DNA of 51,909 bases from a candidate division WOR-3 bacterium. GTDB taxonomy: Bacteria; Hydrothermota; UBA3072; B12-G15. Position numbers and translations under genes: made by a program. Where the stretch lies: the NCBI GenBank assembly GCA_965649055.1, contig CBFGJG010000002.1, positions 1 through 51,909 of the forward strand, in the 5' to 3' direction. The number at the start of each line of letters is the position of its first letter. The first letter of the stretch is position 1. The notes below the pieces were generated by a model. It saw nothing but the letters and a program-made list of their open reading frames with translations. It was not told the DNA's origin and ran no database searches. Shown here piece by piece: positions 38,988 to 49,352 of the stretch.

Positions 38988-39256
38988 TCCTCCTTAAATA
39001 TTAATATTTTTTCTCCTTCTTTTATCATACCCAATCTCTCTCTTGCTATCCTTTCTTTTTCCTTCACAGAGCTTTCAATCAAATTTATCTTATGTTTCAT
39101 TATAATCATACCTGCTTCTAATGTTAAGAGTTTCTTTTCAAGGTTTCTTCTCTCCATTTCCAATTTTACAATATCAAATATACCATATTTTCCAAATAAA
39201 AAATATATAAAAAATCCTATCAGGAATATGTAAAGAAAAATGTATTTTTTATTCAC
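38984..39256 (-). CDS. ftsB: Septum formation initiator (FtsB/DivIC)
   Basis: TM + FGKYG, coiled coil, [15 protein letters not shown]; follows eno. Confidence 0.85.
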   Translation of the reverse strand: MNKKYIFLYIFLIGFFIYFLFGKYGIFDIVKLEMERRNLEKKLLTLEAGMIIMKHKINLIESSVKEKERIARERLGMIKEGEKILIFKED

Positions 39257-40523
39257 CGAATGATGCAGTCTTTTCTAACTCCTCCTCAATCCTTATAAGT
39301 TCATTGTATTTTTCTATTCTTTCAGACCTTGAAAGTGAACCTGTTTTTATCTGACCGGTATTCATACCAACTGCAAGATGTGCTATTGTTGTATCTGCTG
39401 TCTCACCTGACCTGTGAGATACAACCGTTTTCCATCCTGCTTTATGAGCATATTCTATTGCATCTATTGTTTCAGTTAATGTTCCTATCTGGTTCAATTT
39501 TATCAGGACTGAATTTGCAATACCTTCCATAATTCCTTCTTTTATCTTTTTTATATTCGTAACAAAAATATCATCACCAACTATCTGAATTTTTTTCCCT
39601 ATCTCTCTATTAAGATTTTTCCATCCATTCCAATCATCTTCAGCAAGTCCATCTTCTATTAAGATTATCGGATATTTTTTTATCCATTCTTCGTATATCC
39701 TTATCATATCATCTGATTTTAATTTCTTCCCTTCAAAATGATAAATTCCATCTTCATAGAAACTGCTTGCCGCACAATCAAGACCAATATAGATATCTTC
39801 TCCGAGTTTATATCCTGCTTTTTCAATTGCCTCGCATATAAGTTTTATTGCCTCTTCATTTGAAGGAAGGTTTGGTGCAAAACCACCTTCATCACCTACA
39901 CCTGTTGAAAATCCTTTTTCTTTCAAAATCTTCTTCAATGAATGAAATGTTTCAGCAGCAGCCCTTATTGCTTCCTTAAAATTTCTTTCTTTTTTCTTAG
40001 AAATCTTTGGTATTATCATAAACTCCTGTATGTCAAGATTGTTATCTGCATGTTCACCACCGTTTATCACATTGCACATAGGGGTAGGAAGAATATGTGA
40101 TTTTAAACCACCAATATATTTAAAAAGTGGTATTCCAAGAAAATTTGCTGCTGCTTTTGCACAGGCAAGGGATACACCAAGTATTGCATTTGCACCAAGT
40201 TTAGACTTATTCTCAGTTCCATCAAGTTCTATAAGGATTCTGTCAATATTTCTCTGGTCCAAGACATTATCACCTACTATTTCAGGTGAGATAATATTAT
40301 TCACATTATCAACTGCCTTTCTAACACCTTTTCCATTATATCTTTCTTCACCATCACGAAGTTCAAGTGCCTCGAATTTACCAGTTGAAGCACCAGAAGG
40401 TATACACGCCCTTCCGAATGCCCCTGATTCAGTTATACAATCAACCTCTATTGTAGGATTTCCTCTTGAATCAAGTATTTCCCTTGCCAATATATCTATT
40501 ATATGTTCATTCAGGTAATTCAA
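39249..40523 (-). CDS. eno: Enolase
   Basis: [31 protein letters not shown]. Confidence 0.98.
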   Translation of the reverse strand: MNYLNEHIIDILAREILDSRGNPTIEVDCITESGAFGRACIPSGASTGKFEALELRDGEERYNGKGVRKAVDNVNNIISPEIVGDNVLDQRNIDRILIELDGTENKSKLGANAILGVSLACAKAAANFLGIPLFKYIGGLKSHILPTPMCNVINGGEHADNNLDIQEFMIIPKISKKKERNFKEAIRAAAETFHSLKKILKEKGFSTGVGDEGGFAPNLPSNEEAIKLICEAIEKAGYKLGEDIYIGLDCAASSFYEDGIYHFEGKKLKSDDMIRIYEEWIKKYPIILIEDGLAEDDWNGWKNLNREIGKKIQIVGDDIFVTNIKKIKEGIMEGIANSVLIKLNQIGTLTETIDAIEYAHKAGWKTVVSHRSGETADTTIAHLAVGMNTGQIKTGSLSRSERIEKYNELIRIEEELEKTASFGE

Positions 40524-40532
40524 TAATACCTC

Positions 40533-42083
40533 CTATTTTGTATTAATGTTTATAATCCTTATGAATTTCTTCTCTATCATTACAAAATAAACACCATTCT
40601 TTTTATCGTTCAAATCAAATTTTACTATCCCATCAACAAAAAACTTCTCATCCATTATCCTGCCGGATATATCATATATTGTTGCAAAAACATTGTTTTT
40701 CCCGGTATTGTATGAAAATGCTCCATTTGTTATGATATAAGTATCAAATTTCAAATCCTCTTTATTTTCAGGTATACCTGATATGCTCCTTAAACTTATC
40801 TTATCTACATAAACATCTCCAAGTGAATCACCTGTTGTCCCTGATTGCGTATAAACCCTGAAAAGAACCTCTAATGTATCTGTTTCATCAGGTAAAATAA
40901 GTGTTTCTGCAAATTGTTGCCATTGGTCAGAATCTATTGTATAACTTGAAAAAACATTCGATGTTGACCCATCCCATAATCTCCTTCTAAACCACATCCT
41001 ACCAGAGACATCAGGGTCATTATCATAGATATTAGAAGTAACAACGATGGTATCCCTTGGATTCACTTTTACTTTCTGCAATATACCGAAGTTCCCAACT
41101 TGAATCCTTGAAAGTTTACAACTGTAATTTCCTTCCAGAACAAAATCTGTGCTCTGTGTTGCAGTTACATAGGATGGATTTTCAATTGTCCATTCTTCTG
41201 GAGTATTTGGGTTTATCCAGGATTCCATCCCTTTATTTTTCAATGTATCATTTGAAGGATAATATACCTTGTATGTTTTTGTGGATGTTATCTTTGAAGC
41301 ACCCATATTATCAACCGCAACAAGATAATAGTCAACCCTTGAAAGTTCAGGTTGTCCCGGAAGGGTGTAGTTATAAATGTTCCCGTTTATGTAAGTATGT
41401 ATCAAAAAATTATATGGACCACCATTTACATTATAATAAAGTGTATCGGCAGCAATAGAACCATCAGGGTCAAAGATATTTGCTGATATAACAACAGGAT
41501 TATCTGGCAATGGTGCATAAGGATTCAAAGTTATATTCTGTATTTCAGGATACTGATTTGTTCCCGGTTTGATACAGGAGATATCATCTACATAACAGGT
41601 TGCGGATGTTATAGTGTCACCCCAAGACCAGCTATAAAACCTCACCTGACATTCAAGTGAATCTGCATCAATAGGTGAAACTGTATCTATTGTAATATGC
41701 TGCCAGACATTTGGATTTGAAGGATTGGAATACGGGGAACCATCCGAACGGACAATAGTCCCGGAAGCATTCTTCCATCTTAACCAGAACCTTGCCCTTA
41801 TATGAGCATCAGTATATATCCAGAAAGAAAAATTGTAAGCAGTGCTCGGGTCAACATCTATCCTCTGTTCAATCTGTTCTGTAACTGTTGAAGTCTTAAA
41901 TATTTTTGCAGAATAACTACCTGAATGAACTATTGTTCCTTCCTGACTTACTGTTATTCCAGAAGATTTTGTCCAATAATCAGGCATACCTCCTGTCCAT
42001 AATTCCATACCACCGTTCTGTAATTGTTCCTGTGCGAACATATAAAGTGAAAAGATTAAAACGACAAATAAGAACTTTTTCAT
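40533..42083 (-). CDS. Secreted protein with two CBM-like beta-sandwich repeats, an Ig-like domain and a T9SS-like CTD
   Basis: Signal peptide; LQNGGMELW...SGSYSAKI...YVDDIS vs LKNKGMESW...EGNYSCKL...YVDKIS; IYDISGR, NGVYFV. Confidence 0.72.
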   Translation of the reverse strand: MKKFLFVVLIFSLYMFAQEQLQNGGMELWTGGMPDYWTKSSGITVSQEGTIVHSGSYSAKIFKTSTVTEQIEQRIDVDPSTAYNFSFWIYTDAHIRARFWLRWKNASGTIVRSDGSPYSNPSNPNVWQHITIDTVSPIDADSLECQVRFYSWSWGDTITSATCYVDDISCIKPGTNQYPEIQNITLNPYAPLPDNPVVISANIFDPDGSIAADTLYYNVNGGPYNFLIHTYINGNIYNYTLPGQPELSRVDYYLVAVDNMGASKITSTKTYKVYYPSNDTLKNKGMESWINPNTPEEWTIENPSYVTATQSTDFVLEGNYSCKLSRIQVGNFGILQKVKVNPRDTIVVTSNIYDNDPDVSGRMWFRRRLWDGSTSNVFSSYTIDSDQWQQFAETLILPDETDTLEVLFRVYTQSGTTGDSLGDVYVDKISLRSISGIPENKEDLKFDTYIITNGAFSYNTGKNNVFATIYDISGRIMDEKFFVDGIVKFDLNDKKNGVYFVMIEKKFIRIININTK

Positions 42084-42106
42084 AAATCACCTCCGTTTTT
42101 AATTTA

Positions 42107-42183
42107 ATATTAAACTAATCTTTCAAAAAGTCAATACAAAAATTTAAAAAAAACTTGACAATTTATTTAAGATTATTTAGGAT
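42107..42183. promoter_or_regulatory. Divergent promoters with short SD-containing leaders
   Basis: (-) TTGACT-N16-TAATAT; (+) TTGACA-N17-TAGGAT. Confidence 0.5.
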
Positions 42184-42203
42184 AATGAAAAACAGGAGGA
42201 ATA

Positions 42204-42770
42204 ATGAAAAAGAAACTTTTTGTTATCTTTTTTGTATTAGTTTTATTAGCCGGTTGTTTTAGAGCACCTATCCCGGAAGTTGAAGTTATTACATTCAATC
42301 CACTTGCCTATTATTATAAATATGATACCATTTCTGTTCATTTTAATAACATTACCACAGGTGAGTTCAGAACATACTCATTTAGCACATTAGGAACTGA
42401 CACATTTCTTGTAACCATGTTAAGATACAGGGCGATTATAGACTCATTATGTTTCATAGTGAAAAACAGGGTAGATGTGATGATAAGAGGATATTGGATA
42501 GAATTTTATGAAGAAACAGATGTAGATACACCGGCACATCTTTATACAACACCTTATTATGCAATTGGACCAATAATCTGGGGTTCAGATACCACAACTT
42601 TTACAATATATGGTTTTCCAATTCCCTGCTGGGATGCATCAGTTCATCTACATACAACTCCATCACTCGGTTCTATAAGAATGCATGTTGTATTTTATGG
42701 GGAAGATATTTATAACAGAAGGAACATCGAAGGTGCAACAGCAGATTTTGGATTGATAAAGGCTAAATAA
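42204..42770 (+). CDS. Hypothetical lipoprotein
   Basis: MKKK n-region, lipobox LLAGC, SD AGGAGG. Confidence 0.8.
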   Translation: MKKKLFVIFFVLVLLAGCFRAPIPEVEVITFNPLAYYYKYDTISVHFNNITTGEFRTYSFSTLGTDTFLVTMLRYRAIIDSLCFIVKNRVDVMIRGYWIEFYEETDVDTPAHLYTTPYYAIGPIIWGSDTTTFTIYGFPIPCWDASVHLHTTPSLGSIRMHVVFYGEDIYNRRNIEGATADFGLIKAK

Positions 42771-42775
42771 TCTTT

Positions 42776-43861
42776 ATGGATTTTGTCAGAGAACAGGTAA
42801 AAAAAATTAAACCATATATCCCCGGGAAACCAATTGATGAATTGAAAAGGGAGATGGGAATAGAGAAAGAGATTATCAAACTTGCTTCAAACGAGAATCC
42901 CTTAGGCCCTTCTCCACTTGCTCTGAAGGCTATGGAAGAAGCAATAAAAGAAGTGAATTTTTATCCTGATGATAATGTTTACTATTTAAGAAAGAAATTA
43001 TCTGATGTAATTGGCATCCCACAAGAATGTATAATTGTTGGGAATGGCTCTGTTGAACTAATTCATTTAGTTATAAAAGCATTCTTGAATATTGGTGAGA
43101 AACTGATAATGAGCAAGCCTTCATTCATCATGGGGAAAATAGAAGGTTCACTCTTTGGTGGAGAGATAGTTGAGATTGATACAAAAGATTATTGTGTTGA
43201 TGTTGATGGAATAATTAAAGCTATTGATGAAAGAACAAAGATTGTTTATATAGATAATCCGAATAACCCGCTTGGCTGTATAATCACAAGTGAAGATGTT
43301 GAAAGGATTGTAAAAAAGGTAAACGGAAATACATTATTGATACTTGATGAAGCATACTATGATTATATAGAAAGAGATGACTTCCCTGATTCTTTAAAAT
43401 ATGTTAAAGAAAATAAAAATGTTCTTATTTTAAGGACATTCTCAAAAATGCACGGGCTTGCAGGCTTAAGGATTGGATTTGGTATTTCCAACAGAGAAAT
43501 TATTGACTATCTAATGAGGGTGAAACTTCCTTTCAATGTAAACAATATCGCACAATCAGCCGCTACTGCAGCAATAGATGATATCGAACACATTGAGAAG
43601 ACGAAGAAGATTACAAAAGAAGGTAAAAATTTCCTTTATAAAGAATTTGAAAGATTAAAAATAAAATATATTCCATCAGAAGGAAATTTTATAACTATTG
43701 AATGGAAAAACGATGGAATGGAAATTTATAAATTACTCTTGAAAGACGGAATTATTATAAGACCACTTCATCAGTATGAACTGAACAATCTTTTAAGAAT
43801 AACCATCGGGACTGAAGAACAAAATAAGTATCTTATTGAATGCATTAGCAAATACATTTAA
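42776..43861 (+). CDS. hisC: Histidinol-phosphate aminotransferase
   Basis: KLASNENPLG, NPNNP, DEAY, RTFSKMHGLAGLRIG. Confidence 0.93.
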   Translation: MDFVREQVKKIKPYIPGKPIDELKREMGIEKEIIKLASNENPLGPSPLALKAMEEAIKEVNFYPDDNVYYLRKKLSDVIGIPQECIIVGNGSVELIHLVIKAFLNIGEKLIMSKPSFIMGKIEGSLFGGEIVEIDTKDYCVDVDGIIKAIDERTKIVYIDNPNNPLGCIITSEDVERIVKKVNGNTLLILDEAYYDYIERDDFPDSLKYVKENKNVLILRTFSKMHGLAGLRIGFGISNREIIDYLMRVKLPFNVNNIAQSAATAAIDDIEHIEKTKKITKEGKNFLYKEFERLKIKYIPSEGNFITIEWKNDGMEIYKLLLKDGIIIRPLHQYELNNLLRITIGTEEQNKYLIECISKYI

Positions 43862-43862
43862 T

Positions 43863-46028
43863 ATGCTAATCTTATTAAGTATCTATCTTTCACCTTCTAA
43901 TGTTTCAGGTTCTCTTTCAATTTATAATAACCCTTCCTGTCTTGGTATTAATAAAGGTATTGAACTAACCTTTATACAGAATGAAAAGACAATTTTATTC
44001 TCTTTCTATAACTGGGGTGTTGGATTAAACTTTTCAGATGGTTTAAATGTTTACACATCTTCATTATTACTTTCAACTGGATTTTTTGGTCTTGGTCTGG
44101 GTAAAACAAAAGATGCTTCAACCATATTCGGAACATATATAAGACCTGTCAAAAAAATTAATTTCGGTATGAATCTTCAATTTATGAATGATAATTCTTT
44201 ACTTTCTGATATTGGTTTGAGTATTCAGCCATTCATTGAAAATATCAAATTGACAGGTGCTTTTAATATAAGGTGGCCTGACAGGTTTGAGTTCAGTTTC
44301 ATTGAAGGTATATATGAACCAACTGATGGATTTGAGATAAAAGGGATATATGATTTTAAGGATAAAAAAATATCAGCGGGTTTAACAGTTGCTTTGAATC
44401 GCCTGAAGATATCAGGATATGGAAACATTCATAATATAAAAGATGGTGAAGTGTTTTATCAGGCTTCATTTTTCCCTTATCCATCCATCATAAAGGATTA
44501 TCAAAGAAATGTGATTTATGAAATATCAGGTGAATATTCAGAAGCACCTGGAGGTAGATTAATAAAAGAAGGGAAAAGTTTCATAGAACTTCTTCTTGAG
44601 CTTAAAAGAATAAATGAGTCAAGAGAAATTAAAAGAATATTGTTTGTAATAAAGAAGAACAGCCTTGGTATAGCACAGGCAGAAGAGATTAGGAATATAA
44701 TTCAGGAGATTTCAAGGACAAAAGAAACATATGGATATAGCGATTATGTGTCTATAAAGAATTTATATATCTTAACTGCCTGCGATTCAATCTTTGTTCC
44801 ACCATCAATGGATGTAAATCTTTCAGGTATTGTTGTTGAAAAGACATACATAAAAGGACTTCTTGAAAAAATTGGTATTGAACCACAATTTTTAAGGATT
44901 GGAAGATATAAAAGTGCAGTTGAAATTTTCACCGCTGATTCAATGAGTAAATATGACAGAATTCAGACAGAAAATTATATAAATACTGTTGTTGATGTTT
45001 TGATAAAAACCATTGCAGATTCAAGGAATATAAATTTCAGCGATTTTAATAAAATAATAGATACAATGGGATATATAACTTCTAATGAGGCAAAGGAATT
45101 GAAGATAGTTGATGATGTTATGTTTATTGAAGAACTTAAAGATAAACTCAATATAAAGAAAAAGTATCAGGAAAAAACAAAGAAAGGTTCTTCAGGAACA
45201 TTATTCCTTCCTAAAATAGCATTACTTGTTATTGAAGGGAATATTGTACAAGGAGAAAGTTCACCTGCTATACCATTTTTGAATGAGAAAATGGTTGGTG
45301 ATGAAACTATTGTAAAGATAATAGAGAAAATAAAGAAAGATAAAAGTATAAAAGGAGTAATAATTAGGGTAAACTCACCGGGTGGTGATGTATTTGCTTC
45401 TTCAAGGATAAGAAATGCATTGCTATCTTTAAAGGCAAAAAAGCCTGTTATAATTTCATTCGGTGATGTTGCTGCTTCGGGTGGTTATCATATATCAAGC
45501 ATTGGATGCAAAATCTTCACAGATAGAACAACTTTAACAGGTTCGATAGGTATATTTATGGGAAAATTTTCCCTTGAAGGACTTTATAAAAAAATAGGGA
45601 TTAAGAAGGATTTTGTTAAATTTGGTGAACATTCAGATGCATTTTCTGATACAAGAAAATTTGATAATTTTGAGATAAAAAGAATAGAAAAAATCCTTAT
45701 GGAATATTATAATGATTTTACAAAGATAGTTTCTGAATCAAGAAACATTCCTCAGGATTCAGTTAATATTCTGGGTGAAGGAAGAATATGGAGTGGAGAA
45801 GACGCTATAAAAATAGGGCTCGCAGATAAAAAAGGCGGACTTATTGAAGCAATCGAAGAGATTAAAAGAATACTTAATATAAAAGGGAAAATTTTAATCA
45901 TTTCTTACCCTAAAAAACAGGGTCTAATAGATTTAATAATGAAAGGCGAGACTCAAATTTACCAATATTTTGATTTTGAATGTGATAAAGTTTACTATTT
46001 TGAACCACTTCACATTTATTTAAAATGA
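43863..46028 (+). CDS. sppA: Signal peptide peptidase SppA (two S49 domains) with N-terminal beta-rich extension
   Basis: GRYKSA, RVNSPGG, DVAASGGY, TGSIG, GRIWSG. Start 43863 preferred over 43836. Confidence 0.88.
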   Translation: MLILLSIYLSPSNVSGSLSIYNNPSCLGINKGIELTFIQNEKTILFSFYNWGVGLNFSDGLNVYTSSLLLSTGFFGLGLGKTKDASTIFGTYIRPVKKINFGMNLQFMNDNSLLSDIGLSIQPFIENIKLTGAFNIRWPDRFEFSFIEGIYEPTDGFEIKGIYDFKDKKISAGLTVALNRLKISGYGNIHNIKDGEVFYQASFFPYPSIIKDYQRNVIYEISGEYSEAPGGRLIKEGKSFIELLLELKRINESREIKRILFVIKKNSLGIAQAEEIRNIIQEISRTKETYGYSDYVSIKNLYILTACDSIFVPPSMDVNLSGIVVEKTYIKGLLEKIGIEPQFLRIGRYKSAVEIFTADSMSKYDRIQTENYINTVVDVLIKTIADSRNINFSDFNKIIDTMGYITSNEAKELKIVDDVMFIEELKDKLNIKKKYQEKTKKGSSGTLFLPKIALLVIEGNIVQGESSPAIPFLNEKMVGDETIVKIIEKIKKDKSIKGVIIRVNSPGGDVFASSRIRNALLSLKAKKPVIISFGDVAASGGYHISSIGCKIFTDRTTLTGSIGIFMGKFSLEGLYKKIGIKKDFVKFGEHSDAFSDTRKFDNFEIKRIEKILMEYYNDFTKIVSESRNIPQDSVNILGEGRIWSGEDAIKIGLADKKGGLIEAIEEIKRILNIKGKILIISYPKKQGLIDLIMKGETQIYQYFDFECDKVYYFEPLHIYLK

Positions 46029-46030
46029 AT

Positions 46031-46056
46031 GGAACATTCGGAGATGAAAATCCGTC
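46031..46056 (+). promoter_or_regulatory. Putative ECF-dependent autoregulatory promoter
   Basis: GGAAC-N17-CGTC, 15 nt before the ECF start codon. Confidence 0.6.
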
Positions 46057-46071
46057 TTATATATTGAAAAA

Positions 46072-46533
46072 ATGGAAGAATGGGAGAAGATTTACAATGA
46101 GGAGTCTGAATATATTTACAGGTTTATATATGGAATGGTTTATAACCAGGATGATGCAAATGAAATATTACAGGAAACATTTTACAGGGCTATCAGGCAT
46201 GGGAAAAAAGGTGTTAAAAATATGCGGGCATATTTAATAAGGATTGCGAGGAATATAATTTATGATAACTGGAGGAAGAGAAAAAAGGAAGAAGAAGAGA
46301 TGAGAGAAGTTGAAAAAGGAGAATCAGATACTAATTTGAAAATTGATATTGAGAAGGCGATAAAGAGTTTAAACCCTGAATTTAAAGAAGTATTTGTGTT
46401 AAAAGAGATAAACGGCTTGAACTATGATGAGATTGCAGTTCAGCTTAAAATACCTGTTGGGACTGTCAAATCAAGGCTTAACAGGGCAAGATTGGAGTTA
46501 AGAGAAAAACTTAGGAGGAAACTTGAAATGTAA
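46072..46533 (+). CDS. ECF sigma factor
   Basis: EILQETF, YLIRIARN, YDEIA...PVGTVKSRLNRAR. Confidence 0.93.
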   Translation: MEEWEKIYNEESEYIYRFIYGMVYNQDDANEILQETFYRAIRHGKKGVKNMRAYLIRIARNIIYDNWRKRKKEEEEMREVEKGESDTNLKIDIEKAIKSLNPEFKEVFVLKEINGLNYDEIAVQLKIPVGTVKSRLNRARLELREKLRRKLEM

Positions 46534-46969
46534 AGATATTAAAACGAAGATTTCAGATTATATAGATGGTTATCTTTCTGATAAGGAAAGGATAGTATTT
46601 GAAGAACATATTTCTAACTGTAATGAATGCTCAACCTTACTTAATGATTTGTTAACATTAAAGAATCAGGTAAAAAGATTAGAGATTCCTAAACCAAATC
46701 CATTCTTATTTGAAAGGGTTAAGGCAAGGCTTCAGGAAAGGGTATTCCCGAAGAGACTTGTCTTTAGACTTGCCTTTGCTACATCCCTCTCAATACTCCT
46801 CGCATTTACTTTTTCATTTCATTTTATAAATAAAGGAAGGGAAGAATACGCAAAGAAATACATTAGAGAATTATACATAATTCAGGAAAAAAATTCAGGT
46901 TATCAGATACCTGTTTATAATGTTGAAAATAATTATGTGGTTTCAACAGGGAGGTCCGTGACATTTTAA
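46523..46969 (+). CDS. Zinc-binding (ZAS) anti-sigma factor
   Basis: C...ISDYIDG...HISNCNEC; one TM helix. Confidence 0.9.
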   Translation: MKCKDIKTKISDYIDGYLSDKERIVFEEHISNCNECSTLLNDLLTLKNQVKRLEIPKPNPFLFERVKARLQERVFPKRLVFRLAFATSLSILLAFTFSFHFINKGREEYAKKYIRELYIIQEKNSGYQIPVYNVENNYVVSTGRSVTF

Positions 46970-47892
46970 TGCTATTAATTATTATTTCAGGCATACTTCA
47001 GGATTTAAATAACGAAATAGAAAGATTATCTTCAAAGATTTCTAATTATAACGTGATAGTAAGTTCAGACTTTGGGAAAGGAACAGGGACAATAATAAGC
47101 GAAAACTATATTGTTTCAACAGGTTTGTTTGAATACGGTGCTGAAGTTGATATAATTTTTAAAAACGGAAAGGCATTAAAGGGAAAGATTGCTGGTTTTG
47201 ATGAATTTTCAGGTATAACATTGATTGAGGTAAAGACAAAACTGAATGTTCCTGAGAAATCAGGAAAGATTCAGGATAGGACATTATGTATTGTTTATGG
47301 TAATTCACTTGGGAGACTAGGGATAATTGGTCTTGGTGTTATAGAATCTTCAAGGAATACTTATAATGTTGTTGTTCCTTTAAATCCCGGTAACAATGGA
47401 AGCGGGATATATGATATTGATGGCAGGCTCCTTGGTATACTTGGTGGTGTCTTTAGTTCAATTAAAGAAGAAAAGGGCTCTGATAACAATGTGAAATTTT
47501 TTGTTCAGGGTAATATTGCCTATATTATTCCCAATGCAGTCATTGATAAGGTTGTCGAAAAGATAAAAACATACGGAACTATAAAAAGAGGTTATCTTGG
47601 TATCTCTGTTGAATACAAGGAAAAAAATATAGTTATAAAGGAAGTTGTAAAAAATTCCCCTGCTGAAAATTTTGGCTTAAAGGTTGGTGATAAGATATTA
47701 TCTATAAACGGAAAGAAGGTCACATCACCTGGTTTTCTTGCTGAAGAGATTTCAAGTATGGAATCAGGGACTATAATAAAACTTGTGATTATAAGAGGAA
47801 TAACAAAAAAAGAAATCTCTGTTCTTTTAGGTGAAAAACCAACCACAAGTTTTGGTGACGATTATATCATAAAAGGATACGAAGGTCAGTGA
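46969..47892 (+). CDS. HtrA/DegP-like trypsin + PDZ protein with degenerate active site
   Basis: GTGTII, PLNPGNNGSG, RGYLGI, NSPAE...GLKVGDKI. Confidence 0.82.
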   Translation: MLLIIISGILQDLNNEIERLSSKISNYNVIVSSDFGKGTGTIISENYIVSTGLFEYGAEVDIIFKNGKALKGKIAGFDEFSGITLIEVKTKLNVPEKSGKIQDRTLCIVYGNSLGRLGIIGLGVIESSRNTYNVVVPLNPGNNGSGIYDIDGRLLGILGGVFSSIKEEKGSDNNVKFFVQGNIAYIIPNAVIDKVVEKIKTYGTIKRGYLGISVEYKEKNIVIKEVVKNSPAENFGLKVGDKILSINGKKVTSPGFLAEEISSMESGTIIKLVIIRGITKKEISVLLGEKPTTSFGDDYIIKGYEGQ

Positions 47893-49352
47893 ATATTAAA
47901 TTCCTTAATCTTGTTATAAAGGGTTCTTACTGAAATCCCAAGTTTTTTTGCTGCCTTTATCTTGTTCCCTTTTGTTGAATACAATGCATTTATAATACAT
48001 TCCTTTTCTATATCTTTAAGCGAACCTTCTTTTTTCTTCTCCAGTATCTCTACCGGTAATTCATCCATATCTATAATCCTGTCTTTAGACATTATTATTG
48101 CATTAGAAATAACATTTTCAAGTTCTCTTACATTCCCGGGCCAGTCATAATCCATAAAATTTTTCAAAGCCTTTTTTGATAAAGCCTTTTTTTCTTTAGA
48201 ATATTTTTTCATAAAATGTTCTATTAATAAAGGTATATCTTCTTTTCTTTCCCTCAAAGGCGGGATGTATATTGTAACAACCTTGATTCTGTAATATAAA
48301 TCCTGCCTGAATTTCCCATTTTCTACCTCGTTTTTCAGATTTTTATTCGTAGCAGAAATAAGTCTGAAACCTGCCTGCCTTTCTTTTGTCTCTCCAAGCC
48401 TTCTGAATTTACCATCTTCAAGAACCCTTAAAAGTTTTGGCTGAATAGAAATTGGTATTTCAGATATTTCATCAAGAAAGAAGGTTCCGTTATCAGCCTC
48501 TTCTATAAGTCCTATTTTATCCGAATATGCACCTGTGTAGGCACCTTTTTTTGCACCGAATATCTCAGATTCAAATAGTGTTTCAGGTATTCCACCACAG
48601 TAAACAGGCACAAATGGAAAATCCTTCCTTTTACCCGAATAATGAATGGACCTTGCAACGAGTTCTTTACCTGTTCCACTTTCCCCTTCTATCAGGACAG
48701 GAACATCTGAATTGGCAACCCTTGAAATTATTTCTATAATTTTCTTTATTTCCTTACTCTTACCCACAATACCGAAATAATTGTAATTATCTAAAAGTTC
48801 CTTTTTCAATCTTATATTCTCTTCAATAAGATTTCCTTTCTTTAAAAGATTATCAATAGCAATACCAGCAATAGAAGAGAATGCAAAGAGGAAATTCCTA
48901 TCTTTTTCCGTAAAAATATTTGATATAGATCTTCTGTCTATGTAAATCCCACCTATTGTTTTATTTTTGACAATTAATGGTGTCGCTATAATTGACAGGA
49001 TATTATAAAGCATGATACTATCAGAGTCTGAAAACCTCGGGTCTTTCTTCGCATCAGCAGTCAGAACAGGCTTACCTTCCTTTATACATTCGTTTATGAT
49101 TGTGAATGAAATTTCATTAGGATTTTCCAGGTCTCCTTTATCCATATTCCTTGCAATCACAACCTCATATTCATTTTTCTCTTTTAAAAGAACGACGGCA
49201 CCTCTTTCTGCTTTCGTTCTTTCAATCGCTATATCAAGTATTTTCTCCAAAACCAGCTTTACATCATCTATTGAATTTATAATCTTTGTTGCCCTAAAAA
49301 GAAGTGTTAAATCATCCTTATCAAGGTATTCCTCTATTTTATCGTAAACCAT
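47886..49352 (-). CDS. GAF-domain sigma54-dependent activator (Fis-type HTH)
   Basis: GESGTGKE, ESEIFG...GAYTGA, FLDEI, WPGNVREL, C-terminal HTH. Confidence 0.93.
   Translation of the reverse strand: MVYDKIEEYLDKDDLTLLFRATKIINSIDDVKLVLEKILDIAIERTKAERGAVVLLKEKNEYEVVIARNMDKGDLENPNEISFTIINECIKEGKPVLTADAKKDPRFSDSDSIMLYNILSIIATPLIVKNKTIGGIYIDRRSISNIFTEKDRNFLFAFSSIAGIAIDNLLKKGNLIEENIRLKKELLDNYNYFGIVGKSKEIKKIIEIISRVANSDVPVLIEGESGTGKELVARSIHYSGKRKDFPFVPVYCGGIPETLFESEIFGAKKGAYTGAYSDKIGLIEEADNGTFFLDEISEIPISIQPKLLRVLEDGKFRRLGETKERQAGFRLISATNKNLKNEVENGKFRQDLYYRIKVVTIYIPPLRERKEDIPLLIEHFMKKYSKEKKALSKKALKNFMDYDWPGNVRELENVISNAIIMSKDRIIDMDELPVEILEKKKEGSLKDIEKECIINALYSTKGNKIKAAKKLGISVRTLYNKIKEFNIH

Noticed and set aside
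46025..46237. 70-aa ORF overlapping the ECF gene
   Set aside because: Alternative frame of the sigma gene, crossing its promoter; no motif support.
48528..48546. GAYTGA instead of GAFTGA in the sigma54 activator
   Set aside because: A conservative variant; not enough to infer sigma54 independence.
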